From Azolla caroliniana (Eukaryota; Plantae; Polypodiophyta), in NCBI GenBank assembly GCA_043228905.1, contig JBHGNT010000008.1, forward strand, positions 17,236,001 through 17,300,000: DNA of 64,000 nucleotides, in the 5' to 3' direction. Positions 1 to 9,835 of the stretch are shown one piece after another. The position numbers were made by a program, and so were the translations under genes. The notes beneath the pieces were generated by a model, which saw only the letters and a list, made by a program, of their open reading frames with translations, made no database searches and was not told the DNA's origin. The number at the start of each line of letters is the position of its first letter. Position 1 is the stretch's first letter.

Positions 1-1004
1 TACGAATATGTCCCTTCATCGGGTGAGCACTCCTCACCGGGCCTGCATCATTCGGCCCTTGCCGGGCACTCGTCATCCGGTTCTCACCGGGTCTTCACCA
101 TCCGGCTCTTGTTGGGCACTTGTCATCCGGTTCTCACCGGGTCTTCACCATCCGGCTCTTGCCGGGCACTCATCATCCAATTCTCACCGGGTCTTCCTTG
201 CCGGGTACTCCACATCCGGTTCTCACCAGGTCTTCTCACTTCCCATCCGGGGCCCAGGACTCCGCACGCCCTGAGTCATCCCTCTACCCGTTTTTTACAG
301 GAATACACGCTCCCGATGAACAACGCTCGGCCACAACCGAGTCTAGGATCAAACACCGAAAATGGGTAATGAACACACGACACAGTGAAGAGAAGAGTAC
401 ACAGGATGTTAACGTGGAAAAACCCAAACTAGGGAAAAACCATGACAGCCCACAGACTGCAAAACTATCACTATATCACAATGTACATCGGTAAAGCACC
501 GAGGCAACGACCTCAAGCTTGCTATCTTCACCACAGGCGCCGGTTACAACAGAGGCAACGACCTCTTCCTCTCTCTCTCTCTCTCTATACACAGTTACGC
601 ACTCAAATCTTGCACCAACAAGAATGACAACTACAATCTAAGTTTGCCCTAAGTCATATTTATACTAATATGACTTTTTGGCTATTTACAAATATAGCCC
701 CAATGGACTCTAAGAAACATATTTACGAATATGTCCCTTCATCGGGTGAGCACTCCTCACCGAGCCTGCATCATCCGGCCCTTGCCAGGCACTCGTCATC
801 CGGTTCTCACCAGGTCTTCACCATCCGGTTCTCACTGGGTCTTCACCATCCGGCTCTTGTCGGGCACTCGTCATCAGGTTCTCACCGGGTCTTCCTTGTC
901 GGGTACTCCACATCCGGTTCTCACTGGGTCTTCTCACTTCCCATCCGGAGGGACCTGTTTCCTATTAGTTTCTTCTCCCGGCCGTTAATGTCGGTTGTCT
1001 TACA
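1..1004 (-). mobile_element. Tandem LTR-derived sequence of Copia family B (related to the LTRs at 30206/34204), with internal ~51-bp subrepeats
   Basis: 1-250 recurs at ~723-947. The reverse complement of ~640-700 (..gtaaatagccaaaaagtcatattagtataaatatgacttagggcaaac) and of ~325-342 (actcggttgtggccgag) match segments of the 30206-30807 LTR. The right boundary is approximate (TGTAAG on the minus strand at 1004). Confidence 0.7.
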
Positions 1005-1125
1005 ACCTCCATTGTCGGAGAATCAAAATTCCCTACCTATTGTATAGGAATTCCTTCCTATGGTACACGTGCGGGGTGTTTCTAGGGTGTTCAAACTAAA
1101 AATCCCCTCGGCTTGATAGCCCTCT

Positions 1126-1515
1126 CTAAAAATCCCCTCGGCTTTCGCTACCGAGGGTCTCTCGGTTACGCTTGTGGTTCGGTCGCACCGTCAGAAATTG
1201 GACAGATTGTCTCCCATCTTGGCTCTTCATGCGCGCGTACGCCGATCCGTTATCCACCAACTTTGTCTCCATGCATGCTGCCCTAATGTACGGTTGTCCG
1301 AGTATCACCGGATGCGAGGATGTCTCCTGCACGATGTCGTGAAGATTTTCGTCCACGAGCGGAAACTCGAGCAACAACAGCCAAAGAGCGATGTGCAACG
1401 TTGCATACGTACATAATGTATTTGTAATAATAATAGGGGTAAAGGGTATGGTGCTAGAAATGCCCCATAAGATCCCTAAGGTATAAAGGCGATGTGCTCT
1501 TGTGCGCACATCCAC

Positions 1516-1551
<36 letters not shown>

Positions 1552-3880
1552 CTATGCGGTACATAGGTACCTAGTCGTTTGTGAGGAGGTGGGAGTTAAG
1601 GGGCCATCAATCTCACCCTCCCCCAAATCAAGGCAAATATTCCCTTTGAATGAAAGGGGATATTTTAGTCTCACTTTGTAAACGGTCTTCCCTCCTTGTG
1701 CTATAAAAGGAGAGGGAAGGCACCATTGTAAGGGTTGCCTATTTTGAGTGTGCAAGGTATACCACATAGGTCGAGCGTTAGGGTTAGGGTTAGGGTTTCG
1801 AGTAGTCATTTGGGGCGGCCTATGTGGCCACCATTTTGTAATCGTTCATCTCGTTTTGAATACATCTTGTTGTTCATCTTGTCTCCATCTTCCTCTTGTT
1901 TCTTCTTCTTCTTGAGCAAAGCTTCCATTCCGTGTCTGATTCCTTCTCCTCTACTCCTTAGTCCAAGACCCCCGTGGTCCCGCCCTTCTCCACGCACGCG
2001 TGTAGCAACGCAACAACGAAGAAGTGTTGGTCAATCTCGACATCACCAATTTTTACCCGTACATTTGGGCAGGTCCCGTGTAGATCCTATGTGGCATGCG
2101 TCGCCGCTCGTATTTTCCACCCATGCTTGGTGTTGATCGGTCACTTGCCCTTCTTGTAGAAGTCCATAGACATCAGGTTGATCTCCGAACCATGGTCTCC
2201 TAACGCCACCACCGGCTCCTGGACGTCTCCGATCCGAATGGGGGTCTCCGTAGTGGCTCTTGCCCAGTGCAACTTCGAATAGTGGCTTTCCGCCAACTCG
2301 TCTTCCAGGGCCTTATCTTCTAGGTGCGTCGTTCGCACCTTGACCGGCTTCTCCGGCTCCGGCTCCGTCGAAAGCCTTTTCTCTTCACCAAATCCACGAT
2401 GGAGTCATGGAATTCTTTCTTGGCAATCCCAAGCACTTCCCTCCGCGACAACTCCACCTTGTTGTCGAGGATTTGTTCTTCAAGGACCTTCCGCACGTCC
2501 ATCGTTCTTTCTATCTCGGTGTTGAACCGGTAACCGGCTTTCTTTGTTTTATCCGGTGTGCCGGAAGTACCGGCATCATTATGCTTCGGCCTGAACCGAG
2601 TCTCATACTGTTGTAGGGGTCCGGCTCCTCCGGCCTTCCCCGCACACTTGTCTTCTACCAGAACCTCGCAGTTCTTACATGCGGCTTCCACGAAGCCGGT
2701 CTTTTCCTCGACCGGATCGCTCCACCCGGTGACCTCCCAGACCCGTCTTTCCATGCAGTCCGCTTCCTCCCTCCTCAGCCGCATACCGGCAAGGCCTTCT
2801 AGCACCACCAGCTAGAACCCGGAGTCCTTCGTCACTCTTGACCCGGATTACTGCGGACATTGAGTAGTGGATGGTCTTTGTGTGGCGTGCCGCCGCTTCT
2901 TCCATCATCCTCTTCATTCCTCCTTGTCCGATATTCAGCTCCAGGGCTCTCCGGGTCTCGCTAGCATGCACCCTCTCATTCCACAGGTACACCACGTTAG
3001 CCCTTATTGCTTCTACGAAGTCCACGCAGTCCTTCCAGACGTGATCGACCGCGTCACACCACAAGCACCGATGCCCACCCGGAGGCCTTCGGTCGCGAGG
3101 GTGCTCGCCGTCGTCCCTCCTTGCATGTGCAATCAGGAGGTCTCATACCATCTGCATCAGCTCCTCCAGAGCCGCTCCTCCAGGTGGGCCTTTGACCACA
3201 CTGGTCGACGTCGAGCCTGTCTCGAGCCAATCCTGGGTTTCCTCCCTTTGCGCCAGCGGGGGTCCCTCGAGCTTCCTTGCCACAGCTGCTCCTGCCCCCG
3301 ATGAGCCCTTGTTGACCCACTCATGCCGTTTGTCGAAACGGCCACAGACCCCTTTTACCACGGCACAATCGGTTGTCAGCCCATCGTCCATCTCCAACGG
3401 GAGACCCACTTGCTCCCGATCCCGCTCGTCCATGGCTTTGACGAATAAAAGGACATGGCTCGTGTCCAGTACGGTCCTGTCTAGTGCCAAAAGTCGTGCG
3501 AAGCATTCCTCAAACTCCCGGAGGAGCACCGATGCATTCCTCCCCTTCCCGGGGGTCTCCACCCAATCCATGAAGTCTCACTTCGTTAACCGAAGTGCGT
3601 CATCAAGCCCGTACCGTTCGAAGAGCCGCGCTTCCAATTCTCCCTAGGTCCGGCATCTAGTCTACACCTCGAGTAGCTCTACATGGATGCCCGGTGTTGC
3701 CACCCGAGGTAACCCAGCCAGACACCTTTCCTCTGGGATGTCCCTCATCACCATTTCGGCTCGGTAGGCCACCAAATAACTCGTGGTGTCAATTGTGCCA
3801 ACAATTTCTTAAATGGCCCTGTCGAGGGCGCTCGTGCCCTCACGAGCACTTACTATCCGATCGACCGCTGCCACCATGGC
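1126..3880 (-). pseudogene. Degenerate Gypsy gag-protease ORF (frameshifts and stops, split by a solo LTR)
   Basis: ORF-track fragments 3143-3571, 2675-3064, 2320-2808, 2141-2338 and 1126-1515 each align by eye with 34752-35501, 29943-30200 and 29035-29817. The start is approximate. Confidence 0.8.
1335..2015. mobile_element. Solo LTR (681 bp) of the Gypsy lineage inserted into the protease of copy 1
   Basis: Termini TGTCGTG...CGCAACA with a 4-bp TSD ACGA (1331-1334 and 2016-2019). Removing it restores DQHFFV|QETSSHPVILGQP, matching DQHFFVQESASHPVILGQP in copy 2. Confidence 0.92.
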
Positions 3881-3927
3881 TTCGGCGAGCTCTGATCCCC
3901 TCATCTTCAATTCCGTTGCCGCCTTGT

Positions 3928-3945
3928 TTCACATCGGGTTCACCA
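3928..3945 (-). other. Primer-binding site complementary to the tRNA-Trp 3' end
   Basis: Plus strand ttcacatcgggttcacca matches the plant tRNA-Trp(CCA) 3' end (..UUCACGUCGGGUUCACCA, from memory) with one mismatch. It lies 4 nt from the LTR. Confidence 0.8.
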
Positions 3946-3949
3946 AAGA

Positions 3950-4601
3950 TGTCGTGTTATTCTACACACACAGGAGAAACCAAGGTGGGACTAAGGGGGT
4001 GTTACGGGATATTAAATGGTCATGCCAGTAACAGGGGGTCCTGAACCGGGGAATTACCGAACAAAAGGAGGAGCACCACGAACCCACGGCCAAGCCGCGC
4101 ACACACAGATACACAGAGAACTCATAACAAGGTCGAACAACACGGGAGGCGAATGTATATATATATATATAATCAAGATTACAACCGGCTAGCTGGCAAG
4201 CGCCAACTGGTTGACACCAACTCACACAGCACACATGCCTCCGGCTTTCCACGAAGCAGAGGCAGCCCTATAGAGAATGATGAAAGACAGAGGAGAAGAG
4301 CTCGGTCCAAGTCCGACTGCACTTAGTCCTCGACAAAAGCGATCCCCCTCTCAGCCTTCTCCCCTCCCGTTTATAGGCCCCGAGGACAGACTGTTATACC
4401 CTGGTAACATCATTTTTATTCTCTGTCACTTCGGACAAAGATACACTACGATTTCCTAATAAATGCGTACTAGCTAGTATCTTCATATCAACTAAATTGC
4501 TCCTAAGTATGTACAAGTTATTAAATAGTGTGCCCACACGTAAGGGCCAATTCATGCGCATATTTCCTTGTTTCCTCCTAGGGGCGGTTTTCTCCACGAC
4601 A
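3950..4601 (-). repeat. 5' LTR of Gypsy copy 1 (652 bp)
   Basis: Perfect 7-bp inverted termini TGTCGTG...CACGACA adjacent to the PBS. Confidence 0.85.
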
Positions 4602-4860
4602 ACGCGAGAGATAACTTTCGTAAGGAAATTAGGGTTTACCTGAGAGATAGCTTCCGTAAGGAAATTAGGGTTTTTGTGACAAATAGCTTCTAAAAGGAAA
4701 TTAGGGTTTCTGTGAGAGATAACTTCTGTAAGGAAATTAGGGTTTACGTGAGACATAGCTTCCGTAAGGAAATTAGGGTTTACGCGAGAAATAGCTTTCA
4801 TAAGGAAATTAGGGTTTTTGTGAGAGATAGCTTCCGTAAGGAAATTAGGGTTTTTGAGAG
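4602..4860. repeat. 36-bp minisatellite (~7 units), each carrying a telo-box-like TTAGGGTTT
   Basis: Unit ~gagagatagcttccgtaaggaaattagggttt(ac/tt)gt. It appears as a 12-aa repeat in ORF 4394-4801. Confidence 0.9.
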
Positions 4861-5867
4861 ATATTCGATAAGATAATTAGTATTTTCTTCTCTAAGATAA
4901 TTAGGCTTAGAGTTTTTTTTTCCCACTCGAAGATACACTTGCATGAGGAACTCTAGTTTGCATCTTGAGTTTTTTTGCATGCATCCACATGACCTTTACT
5001 TTACATAAAGCTTGACTTTTGTTGCATGGCCTCTACCTTTAGTTGCATGTCTTCCACATGACCTTTAGTTTATGCATGTCCTCCCTCTTTTCTTTGCATG
5101 CCTTTCACATGACCTTTACTTTATGTACGCCCTCCAACTTAAGTTGCATGCGTCCACATCGCCTTTAGTTTACTTTACTTTACTTTACTTTAATTTGCCA
5201 CATGATCCTATCATCCGTCCATCTCGATCGTCGCCCATCAGATCCGTCCGATCTGCATCCGGTTTTCGTTCGGTTTTCATTCGGTTGCCGGTTGCCGGCT
5301 CCATCTGATAGGTCGTCGGTTGCCAGTTCCGTAGCCATCCGGTTCCGATTCCCAACTTCATCACCGACTCATTCGGATTTCCGGTTGCCAGTTGCCGACT
5401 TCGTCTGATAGGTCGTCGGTTGCCGATTCTGTCATCATCCGGTTCGGGTTCCCAACTTCATCGCCGGCTATATTCGATTTCTGGTTGCTGGTTCCTAGCT
5501 TTGTTGCCGGTTCTATCCGGTCACCAATTCCTTAGACACATTTGTCCATGTAGACAACTTGGTCCAAGTCCAACCATTCCTTTTGTGCTCTCAACACATA
5601 GATGAAAACTAATGGTTCTCAATCTGCTTATATAGATGGATCCTAAAGTTTCCTATCTATATCTATGTGGGATATTTCACAAATATATTTTCCTTATCTT
5701 CTCAAGCTTTATATTCACATATCTTGATACTTATTTATCTGTTTCATGTGTAGAAAAATGTGTTATGAAGCTCTTGAAGATATCTATCTTCCCATATCAA
5801 TCCATTAAGCTAATCTTAAATACTTATTTTACTAGTTTTCATATCGTGTGTGAAAAACCACACGACA
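4602..5867. mobile_element. Partial LTR of another Gypsy-lineage element (target of copy 1)
   Basis: Ends in CACGACA at 5867. Shares blocks (ctcaacacataga, ctatgtgggatat, GC-rich ccggtt array) with the LTRs at 27038 and 35900. Confidence 0.65.
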
Positions 5868-6105
5868 GCGACAACATGTCAGTACTTCTGTAAGTCCATA
5901 TGGACTTGTATAAAAGTGCCCTATGAGCACATCCTTTGTACAGAGTTTTTACACAAGGTTTACACATTATTCGAATTTAGTTTTTGCTGTTTGTTTTCCC
6001 TCTCTATCTCTCCCGCTTACATTGTGTCTTAACCTCTCCATTAAACCTGTTTTTTCTCTGTCGGTATTCTGTGTTTCGTATAGCTTCCGCATGTAACATT
6101 TCACA
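5868..6105 (+). mobile_element. 3' part of a Copia family-C-like LTR
   Basis: Similar to 39440-39631 and 43152-43225 (cagtactt..., tataaaag(g)tgc, ctctccattaaacct, gcttccgca...ca terminus). Confidence 0.55.
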
Positions 6106-6211
6106 TCATCTCTATTCCCATTTTTGTGTTTGATTCTTAAACGAAGTGATTCAAGACTCGATTGTGGCTGAGTAATATTCCATGTTATTCTCTTCAAACT
6201 GGTATCAGAGC
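6106..6211 (+). mobile_element. End of a Copia family-B 5' LTR plus tRNA-iMet PBS (6200-6211)
   Basis: actcgattgtggctgagt resembles actcggttgtggccgagt of the 30206 LTR. The same 'ca aac tggtatcagagcg' junction occurs at 30806-30823. Confidence 0.7.
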
Positions 6212-6215
6212 GAAT

Positions 6216-9200
6216 TGTTGGGGTAAAGGCCCTAAATGACCCCCTTATAGTGTGTACATGTATATAGGCCTATTTATAAAGGCCAAAAGTCACTCATCAC
6301 TTTTTTGTTACTTTTGGGCCAAGTTCAGTGTGAACTTGGCAAACCCTAAATGGGCCATATAAAACATAAGTTAAAAAAATTTGGATCTCACTTCTAAAGG
6401 TGAGCTCCGCCAACTATTGCTCTCTCTCTCTCTCTATCTATCTTTTCTACCATAACTCCACTATTGCATCTAAAGGGCCTATACTAGGGTGAATCCTGAG
6501 TATTCCTTAGCCCTATTGACATCAGTCCTAACCCTTACAATTGGTATCAGAGCAAATTTAGGGTTTCTGAACTTTTGCACAGTTGATGTACAACAAAGAA
6601 CAGGTGTTCAGACCTCTTTATTGTGAGCTATGGTGTCATCCTCCTCAGAAGTGAAGAATCTTTTTGAGATTCGACGATTTGAGGGAACAAGTTTCGACTT
6701 GTGGAAGGAAAGAATGCAAGGAATTCTTTTTTTGAAGGATTGTGAGAGTACGTTGGAGGCAGAAAAACCAAACAACATGTAAGAAGATGCATGGCAGATT
6801 TTAAACAAAAAGGCTATCATATATATCAAGATGGTTGTTTCTGATGGGATCTTGATAGATCTCAAAGGGTTGGAATCTGCTTCTAAAATATGGGCAAAGC
6901 TGAAGGCCACATATGAAAACAGTACACCTATTAATCAAGTACACCTAATGCGAAAGCTCGTTGGCATGCAATTAGATGAGTCCAAGAGTGCAACTGAACA
7001 CTTGTCCTTGTTTACAGGTACCTTATCACAGCTGCAAGACTCAGGAATGACTCCTTTTGATGATAAGCTCAAAGCCATTTTCCTGTTAATGACACTACCC
7101 GACTCATGGGAGACATTGGTAGTCTCATTATCTAATAGCCCCAACTTGACCTTTGATGGTGTTAGGGGCTCCATACTCAATGAAGAGATCAGGAGAAAAG
7201 CAAGTGGAGAAGGTGGCAACTCAGCCAATATGGTTAGAGGTAAGACAGATAAAAGAAGTAACTATGCACATAGGAACAAAAGTAAAAGCCATGAAAGGGG
7301 AAATAGCAGCAAAGTTAAAAGCAATGATGTAACATGCTATCAGTGTGGCAGGAAAGGCCACAAGAAACCTGATTGCCGCTATTACAAAGCTAAACTTGAA
7401 AGAAAAAGGAATTCTGGAGATAAGAGAAAGGATAAGACTAATGCACATGACAGCCAAAAGGATGAAGAGAAGGCCAATTTGGCCTCTAATGTAGTCATAG
7501 AGGAGCTCTCAGATGTTGAGGACATTTTATGTGCTAGTTTTTCAACATATGATACTTATGCATATGATGCCTCTCCAAATATTCCTTCAGAGGACATGTG
7601 CATCACTAAGAATGATCTTATTGATGCTTTGTTGACTGTCAATGATGCATTAGCCCAAACATGGATAGTTGACTCTGGTGCTTCATTTCATGTGACTCCT
7701 ATCAAGGAGTGTTTTTCTACCTTTACTGTGGGCAGCCATGGCCATGTATACCTTGGAAACAATCATGCATGTTCCATTGAGGGTATTGGCACTGTGCGTT
7801 TTTCTACAAATGGCACTAATGAGCTGGTTTTGCATAATGTACGTTATGTACCAGGGATCAAGAAGAGCTTGCTTTCTGTGGGGCAAATGGATATGCATGG
7901 TTATAGCATTCTCTTTGAGAGAGGGTCATGGAAAATGACAAAAGGTTCAAGGCTAATTGTGAAAGGCACAAAAAAGGGAACACTTTATTGCTTACATAGA
8001 AATGCTATATCGGGCAAATTTATTGCTTTGGCTGAAGTTCACTCCCATATGGCATAAGAGACTTGGCCATATGAGCCAAAAGGGTCTCACGAGGCTTTGT
8101 AATCTAAAGAAGCTTGATGCTAAAGGCACGAAGCTTAATTTTTGTAATGAATGCCAATATGGAAAGCAAGTGAAGCGTTCCTTTTACTCTGGTGTGTCTC
8201 GTAAGTCTTGTGTACTTGATCTTTTTCATTCTGATGCGTGTAGCATGCCCACCAAATCTATGGGGGGTGCAATGTATTTTATCTCATTTGTTGATGATTT
8301 CTCTAGAAAAAATTGGGTTCAATTGCTTAAATCTAAGGATGAAGCCTTAGCTACATTTAAGCGTTTTTATGCATTTGTGACCACTCAAATAGGCAGAAAA
8401 CTAAAAAGTTTGTGTATGGACAATGGTGGTGAATATACAAGTGTTGAATTCAAGAAATTTTGTGAAATTTTGGGTATTAAGAGGGAGCTTACTGTTCCAT
8501 ATAGCCCCTCTTCTAATGGTGTGGCTGAACGATATAATAGGACGCTTTGTGAGAGAGTGAGATGCATGTTGTCCACCATTAATCTCCCTCATGTCTTTTG
8601 GGGAGAGGCACTAAAAATTGCAGTACATATATGCAATAGATCCCCTCACACGTCTTTAAAGGGTGGCATCCCTGAAGAGGTTTGGTCTGGCAAACCTGCT
8701 TCATATGATCACTTACGTGTCTTTGGTTGCGAGGCTTTTGTACATATAAGGCATGAGCTGAGAAACAAACTTGATGCCAAGTCCATTAAGGGCCTCTTCA
8801 TGGGATATGGTGAAGAAGGCGAAATGGGTTATAGGATTTGGATACCCCAGCTCAAGAAGGTTATACACATCCAAGATGTTGTTTTCAATGAGGTAAGGCT
8901 GCTTCAAAACAATTGTGGCTCAAAAGATGACCATAAAAGGGTTAGATTTCAGCATGACCAGCAACCTGTTAGACCTAGTTTTGACCATCAGGATCCACCA
9001 CAAAGGACTGAAAATATTGATCATCCAGTGGTTTTGGAGCCAGAAGATGTTGGACAACAAGATGAGGATCCTGAAAGGAATATGCAACCAAATAATAATG
9101 CTGAAAATGGTGCTAAAAATAATGGACAGCAGCCCAACAATGATGATTTGGACATGCCACCTGATGTTGATCCATTTCCTGACAATATGGATCATTGGGT

Positions 9201-9835
9201 GAGACGTTCTACTCGTATAAGACGAAATGTGAGTAGATTTGACCCCTCGTTGCACTACATAATGTTGACCGATGAGGGAGAACCTCTTACATATAAAGAG
9301 GCAAAGGCATGTGAGCACAGCAATAAGTGGGAGCTTGCTATGCAAGAAGAGATTAAGGCTTTGCATTCAAATAATACTTGGGACTTGGTTGAACTGCCCA
9401 AAGGAAGGAAAGCTATTCCGAACAAATGGGTATATAAAATCAAGACCGTTGATGACAAACCCAAGTATAAAGCAAGGTTGGTTGCAAAAGGATATGCTCA
9501 AACTAAGGGCATAGATTTTCAGGAAGTGTTTTCTCCTATGGTAAAAATGACCACTTTGCGAGTGTTATTTGCTATAGTGGTTGCACTTGATCTGGAATTA
9601 GACCAAATGGATGTACATACAGCTTTTTTGCATGGTGACATTGACGAAGAGCTTTACATGAAATAGCCTGAGGGCTTTGTTATTCCTGGACAGGAACATT
9701 TGGTATGTAAGCTCAATAGAAGCTTGTATGGGTTGAAACAAGCTTCTAGACAATGGTACAAAAAGTTTGACGCTTTTATGCTCAAACATGAGTACAAAAG
9801 AAGCCATGTTGATCATTGTTTGTATGCTAAAAGAG
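6216..9835 (+). mobile_element. Ty1/Copia family A element: 5' LTR 6216-6539, PBS 6542-6553, degenerate gag-pol truncated within RT
   Basis: TG...CA LTR followed by tggtatcagagc. The ORF from ATG 6630 has a zinc knuckle (CYQCGRKGHKKPDC), protease WIVDSGAS, integrase HHCC and catalytic core, and RT (KARLVAKGY, QMDVHTAFLHG). Stops at ~6780 and 9664 and a frameshift at ~8050. Confidence 0.9.

Larger units (their letters stand above)
1005..4601 (-). mobile_element. Ty3/Gypsy LTR retrotransposon copy 1 (5' LTR, tRNA-Trp PBS, degenerate gag-protease; 3' part missing or interrupted)
   Basis: LTR at 3950-4601 and PBS at 3928-3945. Minus-strand ORF pieces include a gag zinc knuckle (C-MWCDAVDHVWKDC) and an aspartic protease (ALGDHGSEINLM...HPVILGQPY), colinear with the copy at 27038-37098. 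Confidence 0.85.

Noticed and set aside
4602-4860. 36-bp repeats as a CRISPR array
   Set aside because: The units are head-to-tail with no unique spacers, there are no cas genes, and the context is eukaryotic.
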